From positions 74,214 to 138,213 of the forward strand of contig JAAPAO010000018.1 in assembly GCA_013115145.1 (NCBI GenBank): a DNA stretch of 64,000 nt, written 5' to 3'. Source of the stretch: Perkinsus chesapeaki ATCC PRA-425. Its lineage: Eukaryota; Protista; Perkinsozoa. This document shows, in pieces, positions 32,290 to 43,272 of this stretch. Position 1 is the first letter of the stretch; each line of letters begins with the position of its first letter. Under the pieces are notes generated by a model that did no database searches, was not told where the DNA came from, and saw nothing but the letters and a program-made list of their open reading frames with translations. Made by a program: the position numbers and the translations under genes.

Positions 32290-34395
32290 TCATTTCCGAG
32301 CCCGCAGCTTATCAATACGATTGGTAAAGGCGCCGTCATCCTGAGTAGGCCAGTCTTCGTAGACGGTGAACTTCAGCTGCTGTAGCTTGTCGGAGCTCTC
32401 GCTACCCTTGCCTATGGTGGGGAAGGTGTGGACGATAATGTAGACATAGGGCGCACTGCTGCGACATAGGATAACCTTTTCGAGAGTGTAGGGCAAGGAA
32501 GCTGCATCTAAGGCTTGATGGAACCATGAGACGGGCTCTAGGAGGTAGGCAGAGTGGCGGCCTACTAGATGGTAACCGACACAATAGAGACGATTCGGTG
32601 CCAAGACTTGACTAAGCTCGAACTGCAGGGCTTCGGACCAACAATGGTCATAGAGCATCACGTAGACATCGCAGTCGGTGGGGAGCTCAGCGATAGGTGA
32701 TATCTTTGTAGAGAGCTTATGCTTGGAGAGGAGCGCGGTCTCGATAGGGTCATCTGTTCTAACGAAAAGCTTCCAGTCTGGAAAGACCTCTATCAGCCTG
32801 CTAGACCAGCATAGGGAAGGTCCCTCCTGGACCAGGGCCTTAGCTGTTGATGAGAGGCCCAGGCTTAGGGCGCAGGCTCGAAGATATTTGGCGACTTGAA
32901 TGTCTACACGCTCTTGACGTTTGGTGTGCTCGATAACCGACAGGTCTATGGGAGAGAGCCCAACGCTCCGGTAGTCAGAGAAGTCGAGCGTCTCCTCGTT
33001 GATGGACTCGTCGAACGAGACAACGATGAAGTACACAGCCGAGCTCGGTGAGTTGTAGTTGAAAGCTGCCAAAGACCTTCCACCGGCCTCTCTAGCATAG
33101 AAGGCAAACCGGAAAAGCTCCTCGTGCTTCCACCTTTCCCCCACGTTGCTGTAGCTGAAGTTCCATAACAGCAACCGAGGCTTCTCAGACAACTTTAGGA
33201 TGGTCTTGAAGTCTTCTCGGAGGCCGCTTCTACGTCTACTGCGTAAATTAAGCATCCCCTCTTCACAGCACCATACTATACCGGGCACTTCGACAACTTC
33301 ACCTTCGTCAAGCCAGTGCCGAGGCCTCGGTATCGACTCCCAGAGCATGCCCAAGCCGGCAGTTGAGAAGACCTCCTGCGCCTCATGTCCCAAAGGCGTG
33401 TGGGGTGCTGTGATGTAGGCCGTCTCGATCCCTGCCTTGCTGCAGAGATCAAGAGCTCCGTCGGCCATCCACCGAGGGTACGCTAATCCAGTATCTCGCT
33501 GCTTCTCGACATTCACATCAATCCGTTCCGTCCACAGAGCTTCACTGCCATCGAGAACCAGTGAAGGCAGCTCGCTTGGCGGTAAATCGTCACCGCGCCA
33601 CGTAATTGCAGACAGGAACATCATCGGGGAGCTCCGAGGGTTGTGGCGATACCGCAGGCAATCGAGCCATCGAAGGTGCAGCCCTGGTTTACCAGCCTCG
33701 ACGATTGACTCGAGATAGTCCTTGACATTAAACCAGTGCTCCAAGGGGTAGGTCTCGCCAATGCCCCTCAACGAGAAGGATATGGCCAAGACGCACGGCG
33801 ACGCCATGAACCCGCTCTCGAGCAAGAATTTGAGATCGTCCCTCTTCCTCCTGCCAGTCTTGTAGCCATCTCGACCAAAGCTGCCGTTATAGTCAAGATA
33901 AATGCAGCGGAGCAAATGACCATCGGGCAGCCGATGCTCGAGGCCACCGTTAGGGCGAAGGAGGTCGTGGGAGGTCCCGTGCACGGTGACCAAAGTTTGG
34001 TACTTCTGCTTCATGGAGGAGAGCGCCTGGTCGTCGGGATTCGGTATGACAATCGACGAGGGAGGCACACCAGCCCCGTCAATGAGAGCTTCGGTGGTTA
34101 GAAGATGATCCGTGTCAAGGACCAGGCATGTCCCATCAGATGCGGTAGACACCGACACAACGGATGCGATGTAACTGAACAATGGAAGTGATTCTACGGC
34201 GACAGGTGTGGCCACCGACCTGTTGATCCTTTTCTTCAAGTCCTTCTCTGGCTCGTATGGCAGGCCTGTTGCCTTTAAGCGCGCAAGGTCGGATGGCATC
34301 ACACTAGGGATGACCTCTGCCTTAGAGTTGTGGACTATCTCGAACACGACATTAAAGAGTATAGTCAATTGTAGTTTACGAAAGAGTGACAGCAT
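32290..34395 (-). CDS. Intronless 701-aa protein with three diverged methyltransferase-like modules
   Basis: Long uninterrupted ORF with internal repetition (see findings); CLVLDTD and IYLDYNG resemble class I SAM-MTase strands. The fold is inferred. Confidence 0.7.
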   Translation of the reverse strand: MLSLFRKLQLTILFNVVFEIVHNSKAEVIPSVMPSDLARLKATGLPYEPEKDLKKRINRSVATPVAVESLPLFSYIASVVSVSTASDGTCLVLDTDHLLTTEALIDGAGVPPSSIVIPNPDDQALSSMKQKYQTLVTVHGTSHDLLRPNGGLEHRLPDGHLLRCIYLDYNGSFGRDGYKTGRRKRDDLKFLLESGFMASPCVLAISFSLRGIGETYPLEHWFNVKDYLESIVEAGKPGLHLRWLDCLRYRHNPRSSPMMFLSAITWRGDDLPPSELPSLVLDGSEALWTERIDVNVEKQRDTGLAYPRWMADGALDLCSKAGIETAYITAPHTPLGHEAQEVFSTAGLGMLWESIPRPRHWLDEGEVVEVPGIVWCCEEGMLNLRSRRRSGLREDFKTILKLSEKPRLLLWNFSYSNVGERWKHEELFRFAFYAREAGGRSLAAFNYNSPSSAVYFIVVSFDESINEETLDFSDYRSVGLSPIDLSVIEHTKRQERVDIQVAKYLRACALSLGLSSTAKALVQEGPSLCWSSRLIEVFPDWKLFVRTDDPIETALLSKHKLSTKISPIAELPTDCDVYVMLYDHCWSEALQFELSQVLAPNRLYCVGYHLVGRHSAYLLEPVSWFHQALDAASLPYTLEKVILCRSSAPYVYIIVHTFPTIGKGSESSDKLQQLKFTVYEDWPTQDDGAFTNRIDKLRARK

Positions 34396-34499
34396 GCTTT
34401 GTGAAACTTGGCTACATTATCTACCACAAGCCGTTCTTGCGCGCCTCGTAATTCTCCTTCCGCTTGACGCATCCATCTTATCTCCATCGGCAGGGTCTT

Positions 34500-37052
34500 C
34501 TACGCTCTAGCTGCATGCCTTGGTGGCCCTCGTGGCTTCCGAGTTGCGTGCCTTTGTGTTCCAGCTTGGAGGGTGTTGCAAAACTGCACACCCTGTTCCT
34601 CCAGCAGTTCTCTCAGTAGCGTTTGGTCGCACACTAGAGAAGGGTCCTGAGAGCGAGTTACCATTGACCGAGACCAACATGGTTACCTGCTCCTTTAGGC
34701 GGTTTGCCAGATCAGTGATGTCGATGGTCTCAAAGAGCAGCATGCGTTGCCAGATATCAGCGTCCTTCCTGATGGCATGGACGAGAGCCTTCTTATTCGT
34801 CTTACGCTTCTCATCGGCCTCTCGCTTCTTCTCTGAGCATCCCAGCGTCCGCCCAGCCGCTTCAAACTTCGGTTACCTTCCCGGGATTTCTTTGCCGGTG
34901 ACTTCTTCTGTCTTTTCCTCTTCGGCAGTTCCGGCTCGGCCATGGAGCTCTCCGCCACCGCAGCACTTCCCTTGTCGACATACCTATCAACATGCGTGCA
35001 GAGTAGCCTCAAGCTCCGAGTGTACTTGGCGATCTCACCGAGGGTCCTTATCATGTTCCCCCTGCTGGTGGTGCCAGCTGTGACCTTCAAGCCGAAAAAC
35101 GACATCCATCGTTTCAGCTCCTCGTCCTTCAGCGTGTCCCACGCCATAGAGTCAAGGACGGACCTCCCAGCTCGGGCGTCCGCGGCACTCTCCACCGCCG
35201 CTCGAGGCTCAGCGGAGCCCTTGGAAGAGCCAGTTTCCGGAAGGGCGCCTTGGGAGCTGCCGCCCACCATCACAGCTCCGGCGAACGCGTCATCCGACAT
35301 GAAGGGATCAGACAAGCTGGCCGCCGCCGCCGTTGCCTCATCGTCGTAAGGTAGGGTAGACTCTCCAGGCGGCTCCGGCACACCGAGGCTGGCCAGTGAC
35401 AGCCGAGCACGCTTCCAGCTACCGTTGGCCCATCGGCTCACATCAGAGCCTCTCCTCATGGCACCCAAAGCCTTGATGCGCTCGACAAGTGGAAGGGCGT
35501 CCAGCCAAGCGGTGTCATCCTCGCTGGGGGCATCCCCGGCACTGGAGGCCTTCGCTGGGGTGGTAGAGATGCTGCCACCGGAGAGGCACTGGATGTCATC
35601 GTCATCATCACTGAACGCTAATGGCAGCTGGCTGGGAGGTCCTCTTGAGTGCTCATCTCCCATCATCGACAGTTCGTCCGCACTAACTTCAATAATCGGT
35701 GAGGATGGCACGTGGTCCAAATCAATGTCCCAATCGAGCTCCTGACTGCCCTCCTGTTGAACAGTTGCCGATGTGGCCACACTACACCGGAAGTGTGCAG
35801 GGCCCTCATTATCTGACACCATCTCATTCGGCGTCAGAGCCAGAGCCTCGGGGACCGGCTCCTCTTCATCGTCCATGAGCTCCGTCTGGTCAATGTCCTG
35901 TTGAGGCTCCACTGGCTGCTGAGGGCTCTCCTGTGGCTCACAGAAATGAGTGAGCTGCATATTCCGGGCGAGTGACGGAGACGGCTCTGCTGCCGGCGGC
36001 GGCGTGTCTTCTGCCGGCACCTTAGGCCTCGGATGCTTCTTGAAGAGCTCCTCGAGGTATCGTTTAACTGCGTCCAGCCGCACCCCCTTGGCCTTGTTGC
36101 GCTCCACACCGGCGTACAACCGACTTAGAAAATCTACGGCATTATTCGCAAAATAATGAAGGTCATCTCGGCTATCTGAAAGACAGGGCATGACCGCGCG
36201 CCACGAAATCCCGAGGCTTACAGACACGAGGGTCAAGGTACTTCGTCAGAGTGCTTTCAAGCTCGTCAGCGGTCGCGACCAACTCGGTATTCGACATAAC
36301 GAAGAGTTCATCGTAATCGTCCAAGAAGCCAGGAACGGTGGGATAGTTCGACAAATACGGCCCGTGCTGGTCCAACACTCTGGGGAAGGGGCTCGGGAGG
36401 CCTTCCTGAAAGAACCGTTTTGGAGGGACCATTGTGTCCGCTTACCGGCCTCGCCGGGATTTCCAGGGATGATGCGCTCGCCTTTGAATTCCCCTCAGCT
36501 GGCTGAGGGCAAACAATAAAGAAGGAGCGGCAAGCGGGTTGGGAGGTTACTTTGGCATTGGTCCCGAGAGCTGGTCGTTCCGAAGGTGCCAGTAGGTCAT
36601 CTACACAGCAGTAGCTGATTCTGCCCATAATTCGTATCACAGCGGCCTCTCTGTCAGCATAGGGATTCGTAAAGGTCATAAGATTGGCCTCGTCATTGGC
36701 CTGGGAGATATCGACCACCTTCACCTTTGATGGCCGGGGGGATGGCGAGTCCGGGCCGCCGGGACTCAGGAGCTCCACGGGTACTTCGTGTAGGACATTG
36801 AGGAGCCTCTCTTTCTCCAACTGGAGCCTATCGAACCCCTAGACCGCGCGCCACGAAATTGGGATCCTACGTGGCTATCTTGCGGTCTGCGGTAGCAATC
36901 CTCCTTTTGATGAGCTCGACCTCCGCGACGGTCCAGGCCGCGCCGTTCTTGGGCTTGAAATACTTGGTAATATCATCCTGCTCCATGTCCAGCTCATCCA
37001 AGCATCTTGGGAGCCCCCTAGTCTTCCGTCTGGTATTCTTACGTGGAGGCAT
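34500..37052 (-). CDS. SLX4: SLX4-like structure-specific endonuclease scaffold, multi-exon
   Basis: C-terminal SAP-like WDTLKDEELKRWMSFFGLK...MIRTLGEI, followed after splicing by ALVHAIRKDADIWQRMLLFETIDITDLANRLKEQ|DPSLVCDQTLLRELLEEQGVQF (SLX1-binding domain pattern). ATG at 37052, TAG at 34500-34502. Confidence 0.75.
36192..36209 (-). promoter_or_regulatory. Recurrent intronic motif ATTTCGTGGCGCGCGGTC (copy 1, intron 36176-36221)
   Basis: Identical 18-mer at 36842-36859; 14-mer core also at 42434-42447; 13/14 inverted copy at 38505-38518. Confidence 0.6.
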
Positions 37053-37449
37053 TATACGCTGACAATGGTGGGCCAATGGAACGTGTAGCCCCAACACAAG
37101 CGATGAACGGAGAATGAAAAACAACTACTCACTAATATGCAGTGGGGGGAGATAACACAATTGGAACGAAAAATTCAGAACTGGTCGGAGCTGTGGTGAA
37201 ATGATCTTCTATTGGGGATGCGGCCCGCCGTCGGTGGGCGGTACGTCAAACTCGGCGCCGGCTTCTGAGCCGGACTCTCCAACTCTGCCCAAGCGTGCAT
37301 GGTCTAGATGGTCTTTATGGAGAGAGCTGCTGCTGTGACCTGACAGGGATGACACTATGGCATAGTCCATAGATAAATCGATGCGTGTTTTAAGGAGTCA
37401 AATTTGCTATTAAAACATAACATGGCGGCTATCTTGCTGATGGAGTTCT

Positions 37450-39686
37450 TCATCCGTATTTCCGAACTCCACGATAAGCCCTAGGTGCCTCACCTTTGAG
37501 TAGAGCAGCGACTGGCTCTGGCCTCTCATCAATGGGTGCGCTGACAAAGCTATCACCGAGGCTCCCGCGGCCCGAGGATCCAAAAGAGCTGGCCATCGGC
37601 GGTGGGACAACGAAGGACGATTGCGAGCCGAGAGAGAATACCGAAGATTGCCGACTGATAAGAACGAAGAACCCTCCTAGGATCTGCACGGCTGCGCCTG
37701 CTGCCTACAACTCGTAGTTCATAGGTGAGTTCGAATGTGGCCGATCAGTTGGGCTCATGTCCAAAGATCTCGCTTGGAAGTCATCGGCGTCAAGATCGCT
37801 ACCTGACAAAACAGTCCTTGTGGTGTGGTCATTCTTCGTAGTGCGCAAAGATACGAGCCTTACCAACATCTATTGTAAGAGTCTCCTCATCTGCCTCGCT
37901 CGCTTGGGGTTGGTAGCTTGGCGCACGTAGGGAGGCTGAATACAACAGGCCAGTGCAATGGACGCTCGCAATCCCAGTTCAAGGCAGCCTCTAACAACAG
38001 TAATATACAATGACAGCAAGAGCAACCCCCGAAGGTACGGACGAATGACAAGGTTTCGACCTGCCTGTCAATTATCGACGAGGCAATCAAGAAGTGCTTA
38101 CATCGTGACGGCCTCTCAGTAACCGTCTCGGCGTAATCGCTGGTGGGAGAGGAAGGCTCTTCATGGGGGTAACGACCAAGATGAGGATCAAATGCTGATG
38201 AGAACGACTACAACACTTGATGGGGGCTGGGCGAGATCACCTTCGTTGACGAACTGAGGCACCTTTTGAACCTCCGAGAGGAGCATGTCGTTGGAGAGGA
38301 CATGTGGGGCGAAATGTATCCATTCCTCGTTCACTAAGGACGGTCTCCATGGGCAGGAGCAACGAACCTACGAACGACCCAGGCTCGAATCCCCCCTGCG
38401 GCATCTCTCTACCCAATGGTAGTGGTCGGCTATCAAACCAGTTGTAGGATCACGCCTGGAGTAGTGCACCACCATACCATTATATATCTGACATTAGTCC
38501 ACGTATTTCGCGGCGCGCGAGAATATCGACCACCTTAAATGTTGGTTCGTGTGGATGTACTCTTCTCCGTCGTGGCCGATTACGATGGACTTCGAACCCT
38601 TCGCTAAAGTCGGCTAGGACCAGATACCACTCTCTCGCCAGTTCGCAGATTCCTTCACCTACTTTGTCGTTTTCTCTCCACCAGAGCTCTAAACGCCTTA
38701 ATAACTCCACCATGGCAGACTATAATAACACGTAGGCCAGCGCTGCCCTTCTGAAGATGCTTGATGACACTCTCGACCCTCAAACACAGATTCGCAATAC
38801 CTGCCACCACAGGAACAGTAGAACACCGCCACCACGGCGGCGGAGAAGGTGGCGCCTTACTTTCCCCTCCGCTGGGCTGGAAGTAGAAGCTGTCTCTGTC
38901 CTGGCGTTCGATCTCATCTGCATGTTCCCTTCTCCTTTCCATTTTAGACTTGTTTGCCAGCACACCACGGTCACGCTCTCTGAGGGCCACCAGAAGTTAG
39001 AACCGTTTCCCAACTTTAAGGCTCAGACGCTCGTCCCATTTCAATGGGAAAATTGTTTGCTTTGTGAGCAAATATAGGAAAAGTGGTTAGTTTCCTGGCC
39101 TGGCTGAGAAAGGAATCCAGCCGTCTGGAACCGTCGAGTTGAACTCACGGGTAGAGAGATATTAGGAATACGAAATCACGCTGGAAAGCAACTTCCATAT
39201 AATCGTAAGATGCGGGCAATGCTGCCCAGTGCTCGGTGGGCCACTGAGCTCCCCTACCTTAGGAAGAACTCGGTCCTCCATTCAGCTTCTTGTATATGAA
39301 GATAAGCAGCCGTCTCCATTGCTCTGATGTATTCACTGGTCAAACATATATCAAACGCTTCACCTGACGGAGGGCCTTCACCTCCCACGGCCAAATCGCT
39401 CCACTATCCCTCACCAACATGGTCCTTGATCCATTTTCCAGCGGCCTCAGCCTGAGCTCGACCACGGTCTGTCAGACGGTACTTGGAGTTGTGGCGTGCC
39501 CTAAACCCACTGGTCCAAGGGTTGGGAGCATCTCCTTGCTGGGCCTGACATGCCGGCTCAGAACGCTGAGATGACGCCACTCAAGATTCCTACCATCTTC
39601 TGGGCTAGGTTGCCCTCGCTCTCACCGTGGCGGACCAGGATGAGATCAACAGGCATGTTCTTGTAGGCGAGACGCCAGGAGGCCAT
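37450..39686 (-). CDS. Histidine phosphatase / phosphoglycerate mutase family protein, multi-exon
   Basis: LILVRHGESEGN, LTDRGRAQAEAAGKWI, LRERDRG, VIIVCHGGVIKAFR, IYNGMVVHYSRRDP. 3' end approximate. Confidence 0.88.
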
Positions 39687-39784
39687 CAAAATGCAAGGAT
39701 GATGCGGTAAAGGAGAACTAAGAGCTGCAACAAACTGCCTCCGACGATCGCAAGACAGAGTAAAAGGAAACACTGACGCACATG

Positions 39785-40713
39785 CTACAAAGCCTGCTCT
39801 CGCAAGGCTGCACGTATGGTGTCAACATTGGACTCGAGGACCATGCCTCCCATCACGACTTCGTCCAATACGTAATTAGCCTAATTACCGGGACACTGAG
39901 GCAGAGGCAGTAAAGAGGGCTACCTACCTTGTCGAAATGGTAAACCAAATCTAGCTCACATACACTATCGAAGCTGCTGTCTAATACCTGAAGTCGATGG
40001 CAAGATGGTTAAGTGCAAAATGTCCATTGGCCATCTGGAGAGTAGGATAGGAATGATAACTACTGAAGCTGGCGCATGGGTTTCTTCCTGTAGGCTAGGA
40101 AGAAGGTAAACAAAATAGCAAGGCTCACAAATTTTCCGAGAAGTTCCGGAAAAGGAAGGAAAAAGCTGATTAGAAGCGATTGCCGGGTGGCTGCTGCTGC
40201 CTGCCTCTCCAAGACTCAGACCAGCAGTATCGAAACATCGAATACAGCCACATGCCATATTTTAATACTATTGGGCTGATTGTTGGTGCATTTGTTTGGA
40301 CACCCTACCTGTACGAGAACCTGTATAAGATCTAGTACAGCCAGATCACTCTCGGTTTCATCGACAATAAAGGCGAAGTAAAGAGTAGCAAAGTGCCTGA
40401 GCGATACAGTTCACGAAGTCAGTGCCACAGAAGAGACACTTGTAGATAATCCTAACATTCCTTCTAGATCCTCTTCGATCGTTCACATCTATAAGCTCAG
40501 GGAGAGCCTCGGAGACGATGCAACAGCAACTATCATCTGGTCTAAAGAAGAGGCAATTTTATGGCGCGTGACGGAGCTGACCGCCGACCTTGCTCTGAGA
40601 ATGGCATGGACTCTGTGGATGAGCGGTTGTCGAGCAGCCAAAGGAATCGCTGTGTAAAAGCGAGCCAGTCGCGTCTTGCCACCGTTGTTGAAGACTAGCG
40701 CTGCTAGAATCAT
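39785..40713 (-). CDS. Adaptor protein complex small (sigma) subunit, AP-3 sigma-like
   Basis: MILAALVFNNGGKTRLARFY...RHFATLYFAFIVDETESDLAVLDLIQVLVQ|VLDSSFDSVCELDLVYHFDK|ANYVLDEVVMGGMVLESN. Confidence 0.9.
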
Positions 40714-40899
40714 TATACAACAAAAACAGCAACAGCCCAGTGGGAGGCAGTTGAACTAGGATGCCGTATAGGTTGCCTAAGAATATTAACCCCCTGGAGA
40801 GCTTCGGACGGTCTGCACTGAATCCACCCTCCCCTGTGGGATGCCAGGAGCACAATACGAGTAGATGTGAAATGTCCATCTCATTATAGTGTACAAAAT

Positions 40900-41821
40900 A
40901 GTTACAATAGATCCTCTTCGTCAAGTTGATCAGCAACGGTATGGCTTCCTTCAATGGACGCTAATGCCAACTCTACCTGGAAGAGGACAAACCTGGAGTA
41001 AAGTTCGTGATGGAACACAGTGAACACTTTTAGCGTGGAGAAAGGATGCTGGAAATCATCAGTCTAGGCACAGGGGAGTTCGGTCTAGGCACATTTACCC
41101 TGAATCCTGGACCGTACGTTCTCGCATCGTCAGATGTAATATAGAAGGAGACTTGGTGGATGCAAGATGCGATAGGAGAGCATCAAACGCGAACACAAAG
41201 GATGTTTCCTGCCACTAGGGACATATCTCTATTATATTCCAGCACTAGAGATCTCCCAAGGAACACCTTTATACCCAGATGATATCCTGCATATGCCACC
41301 GACCTGATCTCGAGCCCACTTGGCCTCCTCCTTGCTGTCCGCCTCCAGCAATGGCATCTGCCTCAACGTGGAGTCCACTCCGAGCTCACGTAGCCGACCA
41401 CCCATCGCGGACCCGCCGCTTGATTCCCCCGTCAGGAGTATCACCGCTGAGGAAGTCCATACGGTCGCCAAATAGAGCTGGTCTTACCATACGCAAAACG
41501 GCCCAGTCTGATCTCACTGTTGACTTTGGTGTCCAATAGCACCCTAAGTTCTCGCGCTGCAGCAAGGGGAAGGTCTACACTGTCCGTAATGGTGTCCGCG
41601 GTAAACAGTGTCTCGAGTAGACGAATACAGGGCAGGTGATCGGGGCCATGGTGAAGGAAGGATGCCAGGAGGCAGTTGATAGTGGAGTCACGTAGGGGCT
41701 GAAAATGGAGGCAATACATTCCGAAGGGCCGGCAGTAGAGAGAGACGCTCCAAATCGTTCCCCGGAATTCACAAGTCCAGAACCGAGTCGTGGTTGCAGA
41801 ACTCCGTGTTGCCTTCATCAA
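40900..41821 (-). CDS. Hypothetical multi-exon gene
   Basis: ORF pieces 41441..41821 and 41232..41471 with splice signals; no domain recognised; boundaries approximate. Confidence 0.35.
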
Positions 41822-41849
41822 TGAGTCATTTGCGCTGACAATTTCTACA

Positions 41850-43270
41850 AGTGATAGCTAGCACCTTCGATGGCCTGTGGACATCAGTTATCGGAGCCTC
41901 AAGAGCCGTGAATTTCGGTGCGCGTGACGCATTCGATTCCTACATCATCTATGCCATCATCTCCTTGTTTACTAATCCATTCAGTCATCAACTCCGCTGC
42001 TGCCCTCATAACCCTCTCATCTTCACTAGGTGGCATTAACATACACTTCTCTGCCAGCAAAGGGGCAAAGACCCGACTGATAGCGGATGGCCTGAAGGGG
42101 ACAAGGACGGCAGCCATCCAACCAGCAAGTGATGTGCCCAGCACCTATCTGGCTCCTCCCGATTGCCCTCCATAGCACTAAGCACATCCAACACCCTTAA
42201 AGTTACCCTTAATGGGAGTGCAGAGGTATTCAACAATGAGACCAGAGTATCTGAGAGAGCGGTAATAACATACTGCCGAGGTGGCTCGTTTGACCCCGCG
42301 GCCGCACATATTCCTGAACGAAGCCGTTGCCGCTGAAGAGTAACTTAGACTATGTATCAAGGTGGTTGATGGAGCAATAGAAAACCAGTACTTAGAGCTG
42401 TCGTACGATATCCCCTCTCACTAACAAATTCTGGCGCGCCACGAAATTCCAGGGGTGGTGCCTCCCTAGGCCCATTTTGCACAGACTGCCCTCGGATTCT
42501 GCTGATGCTGCTGCTTACCCCTTCTTCTCACCTTCCAGTTTCCTGTCCCTCCTACTGTAGCACTTGAGCTTCTGCCGTACAGCAATAAGGCCCCTCTCAA
42601 CCTCCCCATAGTCGCCATTTTCCATAACATTACTCACATAAACCACAGCCTCATCAAAAGAAGCTTCACGGAGCTCTAAGGCTGTAAGCGCCCGCACTGG
42701 ATGGGCATCCTCTGGAGGAGCGTCCTCCATCACCATCCGCCGCCTCTGGGCCTTCAGCAACTGAACCTCCTTCCTCTGCAGTTCGACCAGATACCGGGCC
42801 AAGCTGGTGCCGGTAAGCCCCCTATATGTCACTGCGTTCGGGTCCCTGATGCCACTCTGCGAGGCCTCTTCCAGCACAGTCTGACCGTGGACAGTGGCGG
42901 TGGGAATGCCAGGCAACACTACCTTCACTTCAGAAATCTCCTCCTGAATGTAGCTCAGATCTGAGTGGGCTTGCAGGATGTACTATTGACTATTAAAAAA
43001 ACTACAAGTTAAGCGGAAGAATGATGCAAGACAGGAAGTTTTCGGAGGTAGCTTTCCACCGGTAAGATGGCAGAGGTGAATGTCACCGCGGCACTCCTCG
43101 GCTTTCCTAATTTCCAACGCGGCTGCTTCACGTGGTAGTGCCTCCTGAGGACTGCTCTGTCGAGTTCTTGCAACTAGATTGGCGGTTTTCTCCCCGGAGA
43201 TTTCCATTGCAGTTTTCCACATTTTAATTATACTAGCAACAAACTCCACCTCAGCAAAGGAAACAATCAT
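41850..43270 (-). CDS. Hypothetical multi-exon gene, partly coiled-coil
   Basis: ORF pieces 42983..43270, 42515..42928 and 41899..42144 read as helical protein and are separated by short introns. Confidence 0.45.
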
Positions 43271-43272
43271 TG

